The notes below the pieces were generated by a model. It saw only the letters and a list, made by a program, of their open reading frames with translations, was not told where the DNA came from and did no database searches. The translations under genes were made by a program, and so were the position numbers. 61,567 nt of DNA from Alphaproteobacteria bacterium (GTDB lineage Bacteria; Pseudomonadota; Alphaproteobacteria; Rickettsiales; SXRF01), in assembly GCA_009926845.1 (NCBI GenBank), contig RFOF01000001.1, positions 1 to 61,567 of the forward strand, written 5' to 3'. This document shows, piece after piece, positions 8,959-16,534 of this stretch. Every line of letters begins with the position of its first letter. Position 1 is the first letter of the stretch.

Positions 8959-9510
8959 CTATGGTCCAAGCGTGGTCAGATCCCCAAGGCGCGGCTTGAA
9001 AATAGCGAATTTATAAAGTTGCGAGTTTGACAGGATGGTGGTGCCAAACATCGGTTGGTAGTTATAGAACACCTCCGAGATAATGATGTTCTCCTTGTCA
9101 GACATCGTAAACCCGTCGGGCAAGGTGGCAGCGTTGCCGGTGAACCCAACGTGACTGACGTTGTTCCACGTGCCGCCGCCGGTATATTGCCAGTTCACCA
9201 CGGGGGTATTGTTGCCGTTCTTATAGACGGAGCTGATGATGACGAATGCGTTATTACCAAAACTATAGGGCTGCATCACCTGTCCGGCAGCCAAAACAAG
9301 CTGGTTGAGAGTCGTGGTGCCGATGGCGCTGGATTGAGCTACGACATCCGAAACGGTGATAGAGACTTTTTCTACTTTTTGTGTGATGAGTATGTAGCGC
9401 GTTACTTCGATCCCGCCGAGCAATAAGGCCATCAGGAATGGCAAGCTAAGAGCAAATTCCAAATAGGCGATGCCGGATTCACAGTGCAGGAATTGGCGCA
9501 GCTTTCTCAT
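8959..9510 (-). CDS. TadE/TadF-like pseudopilin
   Basis: The N-terminus ESGIAYLEFALSLPFLMALLLGGIEV is the TadE-like prepilin-type hydrophobic segment. Its start overlaps the upstream gene by 4 nt. Confidence 0.7.
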   Translation of the reverse strand: MRKLRQFLHCESGIAYLEFALSLPFLMALLLGGIEVTRYILITQKVEKVSITVSDVVAQSSAIGTTTLNQLVLAAGQVMQPYSFGNNAFVIISSVYKNGNNTPVVNWQYTGGGTWNNVSHVGFTGNAATLPDGFTMSDKENIIISEVFYNYQPMFGTTILSNSQLYKFAIFKPRLGDLTTLGP

Positions 9511-10094
9511 TGCGTCACTCCTGTGTTGAAGGGCTCATTTTTCACCACGGTGCGTGAGCTGATGGTGAAGGTGTTGCCAACGAGTGTGCGAATGACTGGC
9601 GTGAAGATAGGCCAGGGGTAATTGGCAACATAGACCACCACATCCCCTGCATTTCCTTGTCCTACTGCCCCCATGTCGGCGTCCCATGTGCCGTTGCCAT
9701 TGATATCCTGAAAATTGACGCCCGCCGCGCCAGAGCAAGGCGATTGTGTAATGCAAGGTTCGGGTTGTCCTACCTGTGGAAATCCAGAATAGACTTGCGT
9801 GGTGATGGTGATTTTATTGGGGTCGAGCAGTCCGGATGTACGCGCTTTGATATTAGCGATGATTTGTTCTGTGCGCGTGCTCCCTGCTGCCACATACCCT
9901 GTTTTACCAAGGCGTGCTGTGTTGTTGGTGGCGCTTTCCATCACAGCGCTGGTGAACATGATAAGCGAGAACTCAATGATTGCCATGAGCATCAGCACAA
10001 ATACAGGCGCTAGAAAGGCAAATTCGATCGCGGTAGCACCGCGATCGCAGCGTATTACGGTGGGGAAGTGGCGGGATAACAAGAATCGTGGCAT
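9507..10094 (-). CDS. TadE-like pseudopilin
   Basis: It has the RGATAIEFAFLAPVFVLMLMAIIEFS TadE-family N-terminus. The start is taken at the ATG at 10094, 6 nt after GGAG. The track ORF extends to 10130. Confidence 0.7.
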   Translation of the reverse strand: MPRFLLSRHFPTVIRCDRGATAIEFAFLAPVFVLMLMAIIEFSLIMFTSAVMESATNNTARLGKTGYVAAGSTRTEQIIANIKARTSGLLDPNKITITTQVYSGFPQVGQPEPCITQSPCSGAAGVNFQDINGNGTWDADMGAVGQGNAGDVVVYVANYPWPIFTPVIRTLVGNTFTISSRTVVKNEPFNTGVTQ

Positions 10095-10302
10095 GGCAAC
10101 TCCATACCCCCTCAGCTTTAACCCTAGCATAATAGGGTTAAACCCGCGTAAACAATAGATTGTAATTTATATATATTTTCTGCAAATCGCGAATAATGCT
10201 GCAATAATAAGCTTCTATGCACGAAACTATTTGCCAAGGGCCAGCGCAGTTGTTATACGCATATCTCCATTTTTGGCATAGCTCATTTCTTTGAGCGCGT
10301 AT

Positions 10303-10377
10303 GCTGCTTTAGCTCAGTGGTAGAGCACGTCATTGGTAATGACGGGGTCGGGTGTTCGATTCACCTAAGCAGCACCA
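10303..10377 (+). tRNA. tRNA-Thr (anticodon GGU), CCA encoded
   Basis: It folds as a cloverleaf by hand. The acceptor stem is GCTGCTT/AAGCAGC. The anticodon stem is CGTCA/TGACG with loop TTGGTAA. The T arm is GGGTG-TTCGATT-CACCT, with discriminator A plus CCA. Confidence 0.9.
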
Positions 10378-10579
10378 TTTTCTGATAGTCTTTTGTAAAA
10401 TATCTCTTTTTATTTTCTGCGCTGCCCTTCTGGTACAGAAGGCTGGTACAGCGCGGAGAATTATAGGCTCATTAAGCGCACGCGAAACTACGGCTTTAGG
10501 CTTCGTCTGTTTAGGTAGCTTGAGTTACAACCACCACGGCATTGCCTTATGATTTATCGCCGGAAAGTGGCTCTGGTGT

Positions 10580-10656
10580 TGGTTGCGGGGGCCAGATTTG
10601 AACTGACGACCTTTAGGTTATGAGCCTAACGAGCTACCGGGCTGCTCCACCCCGCG
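10580..10656 (-). tRNA. Initiator tRNA-fMet (anticodon CAU), CCA encoded
   Basis: The reverse complement is CGCGGGGTGGAGCAGCCCGGTAGCTCGTTAGGCTCATAACCTAAAGGTCGTCAGTTCAAATCTGGCCCCCGCAACCA. This is near-identical in architecture to E. coli tRNA-fMet, including the C1:A72 mismatch and the three G:C pairs in the anticodon stem. Confidence 0.9.
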
Positions 10657-10764
10657 TCACCAAGAAAGTGCGTCAAGCGCACACCCCGCAAAGCTGGGGA
10701 GGCGTTTTATACACCAACCTTTAAAAAACACAAGTGCTCAATTCGTCGCGAAAAGACTGCGTTT

Positions 10765-11073
10765 TTATTGAGGTATTTTAGGTGCTTCCGCTTTTTTGAC
10801 ATCAAGGTTTTTTGCTTTGCGAGCTTTGCGTGCAGCCTGCAATTCTTCTTTGGTCACTACGCTATCAGCGTTGGCATCAAGCTCTTTGAAGCGTTTATCC
10901 GCACGTTCTTGCGCACTGGCAGAAAATTCTTCTTTGCTGAGTTTACCATCATGATTTACATCAGCTCTTTCAAAGCGCTCGTCTGATTTTTTGGGGGCAT
11001 CCGCAGCCAAAACAGGTGCAGAAAACAGGGTAAAAATTGCCAGAATTATAGCTTTTTTTGTCGAATTTAGCAT
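10765..11073 (-). CDS. Secreted EF-hand calcium-binding protein
   Basis: The signal peptide is MLNSTKKAIILAIFTLFSAPVLA. There are two EF-hand loops (DVNHDGKLSKEEF and DANADSVVTKEEL). The start at 11073 follows GGAGG. The track ORF extends to 11109. Confidence 0.75.
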   Translation of the reverse strand: MLNSTKKAIILAIFTLFSAPVLAADAPKKSDERFERADVNHDGKLSKEEFSASAQERADKRFKELDANADSVVTKEELQAARKARKAKNLDVKKAEAPKIPQ

Positions 11074-11171
11074 AAAAAACACCTCCCAAAAACGTGATAT
11101 TTTATCCATTTATATTGCAGACAGCGGTGCAACTCGTGTTAGAATGACTCTCTAACCAGTTAGCCGAGCCG

Positions 11172-11327
11172 ATGCAAAAACGAGATGATATTGCCGCTAA
11201 AAAAAGCGGCACACAAGCAAAAACACCACCACGCGACGACAAAAAAGAGCGGCTGGCGAAGGCTCTGCGCGAGAACCTCTTGCGCCGTAAACATGCTACG
11301 CGAAAAGCCGATGAGGCGGATACATGA
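11172..11327 (+). CDS. Small basic hypothetical protein (51 aa), absent from the ORF track
   Basis: The ATG at 11172 gives MQKRDDIAAKKSGTQAKTPPRDDKKERLAKALRENLLRRKHATRKADEADT*. Its stop overlaps the next ORF's start (ATGA at 11324-11327). The ERLAxALRxNLxRRK tail resembles small alphaproteobacterial proteins. Confidence 0.3.
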   Translation: MQKRDDIAAKKSGTQAKTPPRDDKKERLAKALRENLLRRKHATRKADEADT

Positions 11328-11599
11328 GCCACCTGTCGGCTAAGAAAAAAGCGCTGCAAAAAAAGAATCGGTTTCACCAGGAGATCTATCAGGCGATGCG
11401 CCTGCGCCGCGCCGAGGATGCGCGCACCAAAGAAATAAACGAACCCGAAAAATCCCGCTCGTCTGAGAGCAAAAAAGACACGGTGTGGAGCGAAAAAACC
11501 GCCCAAATCCGCAATCGCCTAACCGGCAAAAAACGCGATTCGAAAGAGCGCTGGAACCGCTTTGCTGGAACCGGAGGCGAAGGGGGGCGAGGACTTTAA
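11324..11599 (+). CDS. Small lysine/arginine-rich hypothetical protein (91 aa)
   Basis: Its start overlaps the upstream small ORF's stop (ATGA at 11324-11327), suggesting translational coupling. It is highly basic with no recognised domain. The competing antisense ORF 11102..11506 looks artefactual. Confidence 0.35.
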   Translation: MSHLSAKKKALQKKNRFHQEIYQAMRLRRAEDARTKEINEPEKSRSSESKKDTVWSEKTAQIRNRLTGKKRDSKERWNRFAGTGGEGGRGL

Positions 11600-11780
11600 A
11601 ACAAGCGTTTTCAGCTGCACGTGAGCATGCTCACCTCTAGTATAGTGAAAAAACCATTAAAAACGCCTTCTGCAGATGGCATTACGCTAAAATCATGCCT
11701 ATCCTAATAAGTTCCTTCGTGCTATAACCCTTATACGCGCTGGCTTAGACGATGCCGCTTTTGGCTTTCACGCCGTTTTT

Positions 11781-12047
11781 TTGGTTTCCCCTATGCATGA
11801 GAAGAAAAACACTATTCTGGTGGTCGATGACGAACCGCAGATACAAAAGATGCTCGGCATCTTGCTCGATGTGGAGAATTTCAAAATTGTCGAAAGTACG
11901 TCGGCCAAGCAAGCCATTCGCATGTGTGCGTCGGTGAAGCCCGATCTAGTTTTGCTCGATTTGGGGCTGCCGGATATGGACGGCAAAGCGGTTATCACCG
12001 CGATTCGCGAGTGGTCGCAGGTGCCTATAAGCTGGCAACGAGCGTAG
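11781..12047 (+). pseudogene. 3'-truncated OmpR/KdpE-type response regulator (receiver domain N-terminal two-thirds only)
   Basis: ILVVDDEPQIQKMLGILL...KPDLVLLDLGLPDMDGKAVITAIREWSQVPI is collinear with KdpE-type receivers. The expected continuation (IVLSAR...DKI..LD.GADDY) is missing. It is replaced by unrelated sequence that carries a minus-strand ORF. Confidence 0.7.
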
Positions 12048-12174
12048 CACTTATCATGATGGCGATGATGAGCACGAGGCCGAAAACGGCGAGGATACCG
12101 GATAATAAACGCTGGAAAAGCCACCTGCCATAGGCTCTTTGTCCGAGGCTGGCTATGACAAGCAGCTTTTCCAT
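12025..12174 (-). CDS. Small single-pass membrane protein (49 aa), absent from the ORF track
   Basis: The translation is MEKLLVIASLGQRAYGRWLFQRLLSGILAVFGLVLIIAIMISATLVASL*. It starts 11 nt downstream of the DUF883 stop. It has one clear TM helix and may be the membrane partner of the ElaB-like gene. Confidence 0.35.
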   Translation of the reverse strand: MEKLLVIASLGQRAYGRWLFQRLLSGILAVFGLVLIIAIMISATLVASL

Positions 12175-12185
12175 ACGGTTTCTTT

Positions 12186-12425
12186 CTAGCGACGGATCAG
12201 CGCGCCAAGCAGCACGCCAACGCCAAGGGCGATCACGCTTGAACGAATGGGGTTCGAGCGGATTTCAGTGGTCACCGTTTCGCTGGCATGCGAAATCTCA
12301 TCGCTTGCCGTGTTGTACAGGCTGCGAACTTTGCGACCTGCCTGGTTTGCTGCATTTTGCAGATCGTCTTTGACATCGTTAGCTGCATTTTGCAGATTGT
12401 CGGTCTTTGCTGAAGAGGGAAACAT
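12186..12425 (-). CDS. DUF883 (ElaB/YqjD/YgaM) family membrane-anchored stress protein
   Basis: The coiled N-terminal part carries repeated DLQNAAN. The C-terminal tail NPIRSSVIALGVGVLLGALIRR is typical of the family. Confidence 0.8.
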   Translation of the reverse strand: MFPSSAKTDNLQNAANDVKDDLQNAANQAGRKVRSLYNTASDEISHASETVTTEIRSNPIRSSVIALGVGVLLGALIRR

Positions 12426-12453
12426 ATTTTTATTCCTTAAAGTGTGAGTTCAA

Positions 12454-12765
12454 CTAGTAGTTAGTTGTCGAATCGTCATTTTCCTGCACCACTTTTCTCG
12501 ACTTGGTGCCGGTTTTATTCATCAGGCCTTTTGGGTCTTTGGTGAATTTAGAAGTGATGACTTCGCGGCGGTTGCCGTTGTTATCCACGGTCACTTGCGT
12601 GGTCGATTCCTTCACCGTGGTCGTGCCCTTGGCATCGGTGGAGGTTTCGGTGCTTTCATAGGTGCCGGGATGTTTGTAGGAAGCGCGCGGCTCATGTTGC
12701 ATGCATGCACTAACGCCAAGCGCCAGAGCGGATACGGTGATGATGGTGGTGATATTCTTTTTCAT
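12454..12765 (-). CDS. Small lipoprotein, function unknown
   Basis: The start at 12765 follows AAGGAAG. The signal and lipobox read MKKNITTIITVSALALGVSAC. The mature part is Thr-rich. The track ORF extends to 12825. Confidence 0.65.
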   Translation of the reverse strand: MKKNITTIITVSALALGVSACMQHEPRASYKHPGTYESTETSTDAKGTTTVKESTTQVTVDNNGNRREVITSKFTKDPKGLMNKTGTKSRKVVQENDDSTTNY

Positions 12766-12787
12766 AAAATCTTCCTTGAGTGAAATG

Positions 12788-12946
12788 TTAAACGCGGCCG
12801 GTGAGCAGCAAGATGAGCAGAACAATAACGATCAGTCCTGAGCCACCGCTAGGGTAGTAGCCCCAGTTTTTGCTATGCGGCCAAGTGGGGAGTGCCCCCA
12901 CCAGAATGAGTAGAAAAATAATGAGTAGTAAGGTTGAAAGGGTCAT
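12788..12946 (-). CDS. DUF3309-family small membrane protein (52 aa), absent from the ORF track
   Basis: MTLSTLLLIIFLLILVGALPTWPHSKNWGYYPSGGSGLIVIVLLILLLTGRV* matches the stereotyped DUF3309 pattern (LPxWPxSxxWGYxPSGG). Confidence 0.75.
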   Translation of the reverse strand: MTLSTLLLIIFLLILVGALPTWPHSKNWGYYPSGGSGLIVIVLLILLLTGRV

Positions 12947-12963
12947 AAAAATGTTCCTAAAAA

Positions 12964-13404
12964 TTAGCCGCCGTAAATTACATATGCACCAGCTGGTACA
13001 CGCGAGCGGATGCCACTGCAGGATTCAACTTCAGGCTGATCCGATGGCGAGCGGTCAATGAACCACACACGGCACATGCCGCGTGGTGGGAACATATTTC
13101 CCGGAACAGCAAGACCACTGTCTTTGGCCATGTAGTAGCCATTGTAATCATAATAGCCACGACGCGTGTAATTCGTGTCATCGCCATATTCGCGGCTATA
13201 TTCATGGTCATTGATTTCATTTGGATTGCCACCTGGCATTGGCGCATACGCATTTTTTGACTTGTTGTGTGGGGTGTCATTGGTGGCAACATAAGTGCCG
13301 TGGCTATCATAATAACCGCGACGGTCTGGGCCACATGCTGCAAGCAGCGACACCAGTGAAACACAGGCAAGAAGCGCCAGTGCACGTGTTTGGGAAGTAG
13401 TCAT
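12964..13404 (-). CDS. Lipoprotein, function unknown
   Basis: It has a signal peptide and lipobox (LVSLLAAC), repeated RGYYD motifs, and a Cys-containing C-terminal segment (PPRGMCRVWF...ESCSGIRSRVPAGAYVIYGG). Confidence 0.65.
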   Translation of the reverse strand: MTTSQTRALALLACVSLVSLLAACGPDRRGYYDSHGTYVATNDTPHNKSKNAYAPMPGGNPNEINDHEYSREYGDDTNYTRRGYYDYNGYYMAKDSGLAVPGNMFPPRGMCRVWFIDRSPSDQPEVESCSGIRSRVPAGAYVIYGG

Positions 13405-13506
13405 AAAATTCTCCTTTGTTTGGGTTAGTCACTATGAAGTGACAGACTTCGTACAAAGGTGCGATGCGAGTTGATGGTATTAAAATAAGGAGGCCATAAA
13501 GATGGC

Positions 13507-13752
13507 TTATGCTGGTTTATTTTTATCCAGCATATCCATGATGAACGCATCGAGTTTATGCGCTTCTTTCAGTGCAGCAGTGAGCAAATCATCAATCTGC
13601 TGCTCAGAGAGCTTATCTTTCATTTGCAGCGTCATCTGCAGCGAGCCGATGATGCAGGCCAGCGGCGTTTTAAGGTCATGCGCGACCTTACTGAACACAC
13701 CACGCAGTAGTTGCGTGCGCTCTTGGTCGGAAACTTGATTTTGTGTGCTCAT
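13507..13752 (-). CDS. HisKA (DHp) domain-only protein, probably a sensor-kinase remnant
   Basis: It is 81 aa and contains the H-box FSKVAHDLKTPLACIIGSL plus the following helix. It has no sensor domain and no HATPase_c domain. Confidence 0.55.
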   Translation of the reverse strand: MSTQNQVSDQERTQLLRGVFSKVAHDLKTPLACIIGSLQMTLQMKDKLSEQQIDDLLTAALKEAHKLDAFIMDMLDKNKPA

Positions 13753-13845
13753 GATGCATTATGCTCCTTGCTGCAGGAAATAGATAGATACAAATGCGCC
13801 ACTTCGTGGGCGAAATGGCGCATTTGTCGAACCTGAGAAGTAAAA

Positions 13846-14148
13846 CTATTGGACAATAACGGTAGTGGCTCCGGTTCCGCCTGTGCTGCCTTTTGCACCA
13901 GTATTACCCTTTTTACCGCTGCTTCCAGTTGCGCCAGTGTCGCCAACTTCGCCTTGCGCTCCGGTATAGCCAGTGTTGCCTTGGTTGCCAGTGGCGCCGG
14001 TATCACCCGTATAGCCTTGGCTTCCGGTTGCGCCCGTTGCGCCAGTATATCCGGTGTTGCCCGTGTTTCCTTGTGGGCCAGCAGGGCCTGTGCAAGCGGT
14101 CATAGCAAGCGTGAGAACGATGAGTGTCGAGGGTATAAGGTATTTCAT
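13846..14148 (-). CDS. Collagen-like (G-X-Y)n repeat lipoprotein
   Basis: The start at 14148 follows AGGA. The signal and lipobox read [19 protein letters not shown]. About 25 uninterrupted Gly-X-Y triplets follow ([22 protein letters not shown]...). The track ORF extends to 14235. Confidence 0.75.
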   Translation of the reverse strand: MKYLIPSTLIVLTLAMTACTGPAGPQGNTGNTGYTGATGATGSQGYTGDTGATGNQGNTGYTGAQGEVGDTGATGSSGKKGNTGAKGSTGGTGATTVIVQ

Positions 14149-14179
14149 GTGAGTATTCCTAAAAAATGGGGGTGAAAAA

Positions 14180-14434
14180 TTATTGTTGGTTCGTGGCTTT
14201 TTTGAGATCGTCTCCTGCATCTCCAGCAGCATCACTCAATTTTTCTGCAGGTGTGCGGTCTTTGAGTTGGCGGGCGGCTTTGTCCACGCCATTGGGCAAC
14301 TCGTTGATGGCATCGCCAATTTTCTGGCCTTCACTGCGCCTGTCTGGCGCGTTCATAATATAATAGCCGACGACAAGGACAACCACGACCAATGCGGTGG
14401 TTGCCAAGAATTTGCCTTGGGGTTGTTCGCTCAT
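14180..14434 (-). CDS. Small single-pass membrane protein, function unknown
   Basis: It is 84 aa with one TM helix ([17 protein letters not shown]) followed by a charged tail, and an SD-like AAAGGA upstream. Confidence 0.55.
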   Translation of the reverse strand: MSEQPQGKFLATTALVVVVLVVGYYIMNAPDRRSEGQKIGDAINELPNGVDKAARQLKDRTPAEKLSDAAGDAGDDLKKATNQQ

Positions 14435-14458
14435 AAAATTATCCTTTAAAGTTGGTGG

Positions 14459-14620
14459 TTATTCTTCGGGGTCGTAGGCATCGTGGTAAAACGTAGCCGT
14501 CTCTGCATCACGCAGATTCGATTCGCAATCATAGTTGAGTTCGAACAGGTCAAACTCACTGTCAATGATGGGGATAGTGTAGTTGTAAGCGGGCGTGGTC
14601 GCGGGGCGTTGCATGGGCAT
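14459..14620 (-). CDS. Possible small acidic protein (53 aa), absent from the ORF track
   Basis: The ATG at 14620 is preceded by GGAG. The translation is MPMQRPATTPAYNYTIPIIDSEFDLFELNYDCESNLRDAETATFYHDAYDPEE*. It competes with the out-of-frame track ORF 14446..14736, which looks non-coding (Pro/Thr/Arg-rich). Confidence 0.25.
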   Translation of the reverse strand: MPMQRPATTPAYNYTIPIIDSEFDLFELNYDCESNLRDAETATFYHDAYDPEE

Positions 14621-14725
14621 GGCATTTCTCCGAGTAAGGTTGGCGTAACCCTCTTAAACCACCGGGGGCGTAAAATTGTTGCAGCCAAAAGAATTGCAGA
14701 CGTAAGAAAGCGATAAAGCCCGCAT

Positions 14726-14800
14726 TTAACGCGCAAAAATATTGTATAAAATGATGATAGAGATAGGCACGCCGAGAAAATACATGATGAGACTGCGCAT
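14726..14800 (-). CDS. Possible 24-aa hydrophobic micro-protein
   Basis: A perfect AAGGAG SD sits 5 nt upstream of the ATG at 14800. The translation MRSLIMYFLGVPISIIILYNIFAR* forms a single TM-like helix. Confidence 0.35.
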   Translation of the reverse strand: MRSLIMYFLGVPISIIILYNIFAR

Positions 14801-14823
14801 AAAAACTCCTTGTAAAAGATTGA

Positions 14824-15813
14824 TTAGAAACGGCAAGAAAGTGTGAGAGCACCAAATACTGCGGCGTGTTGTTGCGTGTCATATTCTTTGGTCATGAAGA
14901 CCTGCGTATAGGACAGGCGAGTATTTCCATAGGTCATCGCTGCGCCCACCTGCAAACTGCCCACCGCCCATTTTTTATCCACGTGTGGCCCATCAGCAAA
15001 CGTGTTGCCATCAAGAAAAATATTGCGGGCAACAGCGCGCTCGCCAATGGTGGTAAATAAATAACCGCCAAGTTCTTGCGTGGGGATAAAAAAATCTGAG
15101 CCGGGCAAACTTGGGCGAATGCGCGGCGGGCCGTAATCTGCGGGCAGGTCATAGCCCAGACGGAAGGTGGCGCCGATGGCTGCATCCGTATTCACATTGC
15201 CGAGATTCACGCCCACATGCGGCGTAAAATCTGCGGCGAGGCCAAAGGGTGAAATTTGATACATATCGCGCCATTTGCGCTCATAGGTCAGGATAATTCC
15301 GGGTTCGTTTTTCAGTTGATTGTCCCAGCCTGCAGGGTGTGGGCTGTCCACCACATGATGCACGAAGGACTGCGCTTGCCGTGCATATGATAGCGGGCCA
15401 ACAACACCCACCGTCAGCATCACATTGTCTAATATTTTTCCTGTGTCCGACACCAGCCCCACCGAGCCATAGAGCCACCCAGCATAAGGGTGATCACCCG
15501 CGATCGGCGTGCTGCGGGTGATGTCTTCAGGCGCATACATATTTTGCCCGGCGGCGATGCTGATGCGTTTGTTGCCGTCGGTTCCCATGGGCAACACGTG
15601 GGCGATGGACTGTGACCATGCGGGCATATTTTCTTCTGACGATATCCACGAGAAGCGAACGCCATTGGTGTAGTCGCGGTCGGTTCCCGCAAAAATGTCA
15701 TTCTCCCACACCACATTGAAAATGCCTTTGTCGTCTTCGGCGATACGCTCTGCTGCCAGGGCTGGCGCTGCAATTGAGAAAAAACATAAAAGCGAAATAA
15801 GAAAACGATGCAT
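14824..15813 (-). CDS. lpxR: LpxR-family lipid A 3'-O-deacylase (DUF2219) outer-membrane protein
   Basis: The signal peptide is MHRFLISLLCFFSIAAPALA. The motif WENDIFAGTDRDYTNGVRFSW is characteristic of LpxR. The C-terminus is beta-barrel-like and ends in F. The track ORF extends to 15948. Confidence 0.8.
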   Translation of the reverse strand: MHRFLISLLCFFSIAAPALAAERIAEDDKGIFNVVWENDIFAGTDRDYTNGVRFSWISSEENMPAWSQSIAHVLPMGTDGNKRISIAAGQNMYAPEDITRSTPIAGDHPYAGWLYGSVGLVSDTGKILDNVMLTVGVVGPLSYARQAQSFVHHVVDSPHPAGWDNQLKNEPGIILTYERKWRDMYQISPFGLAADFTPHVGVNLGNVNTDAAIGATFRLGYDLPADYGPPRIRPSLPGSDFFIPTQELGGYLFTTIGERAVARNIFLDGNTFADGPHVDKKWAVGSLQVGAAMTYGNTRLSYTQVFMTKEYDTQQHAAVFGALTLSCRF

Positions 15814-16070
15814 ATTAAACCTTGCTATTGGGTGGGGTAAGAGCTGTGGCTTTACTCGGCTTTTTGGTGGTTTTATCCACTGAGTATTCAGGAATTTTGA
15901 GTTTCTCTGCCGTCGTGTGAGGGGTGACGGGTTTTTTTGAAGGCTCATTTACTCGTCGAAACATACAAATCTCCTGATAAAAGATGAGAGCGAATAAAAC
16001 GCCGAAAAATCGTCCGGCGCAGGGAGGGGCGCACCGGACGATTTCGAGCAACAGATTGCGCGCTTAAAGC

Positions 16071-16286
16071 TTATGCAGCTTTAGTCGAGCAACATGCGTC
16101 TTCAATGGCTTTGATTTGCTTTTCAGCAGCTTCTTTAGTGATGCCTTGCAATTCCACTACTTTGCCGACAAATTGATCGCGCTTGCCTTCATAGAGCATG
16201 CGGTCATTGTCCGTGAGCTTACCGAAGGCCGCTTTAAGTTTGCCAGCGATCTGTTCGGCTTTGCCTTGTACTTGTTCCTTATTCAT
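16071..16286 (-). CDS. csbD: CsbD-family general stress protein
   Basis: MNKEQVQGKAEQIAGKLKAAFGKLTDND...GKVVELQG has the typical CsbD sequence and size (71 aa). Confidence 0.9.
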   Translation of the reverse strand: MNKEQVQGKAEQIAGKLKAAFGKLTDNDRMLYEGKRDQFVGKVVELQGITKEAAEKQIKAIEDACCSTKAA

Positions 16287-16534
16287 AAAAAATCTCCTTT
16301 AGGGTTCCACTGTCAAAAACAGCGTTTCCTATAGCTAGGCCTTCGCACATAAGATTGCGATGCGGCGTGTGAGAGGAGTTGTAAGGAAGATGTAAGTGCG
16401 GCTATTTCTTCGCCACAAAAACTCCAGATATGAAGCCTAGCGCCTCAGCCTCACCGTGAGTTATTTCGCGTATAGATGCGATGTGGAAGTGGGGGCTGAG
16501 AAGTTTGAGAGCTAGGTATCGCAAAACATTGGTT

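Noticed and set aside
10352-10552. 66-aa ORF between the two tRNA genes
   Set aside because: It begins inside the tRNA-Thr T-arm. It has no SD, a low-complexity hydrophobic translation, and no homology signal.
11102-11506. 134-aa Arg/Phe-rich minus-strand ORF
   Set aside because: It is antisense to the two basic small ORFs. Its composition (poly-R/F/A) is typical of a mirror-frame artefact of Lys/Glu-rich coding DNA.
13749-14235. Alternative ORFs over the collagen-like repeat (13749..14006 minus, 13849..14175 and 13893..14105 plus)
   Set aside because: Repetitive GGN-rich DNA stays open in many frames. Only the minus-strand frame gives a lipobox signal peptide, an SD and a clean Gly-X-Y register.
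12426-16400. EcfG/sigma-E-type general-stress promoters (GGAAC-N16-17-CGTT) upstream of the csbD, DUF883 and DUF3309 genes
   Set aside because: The intergenic stretches were scanned by eye. GGAAC occurs upstream of csbD and DUF3309, but it is too close to the ATG (RBS-like) and has no correctly spaced CGTT. No promoter claim is made.
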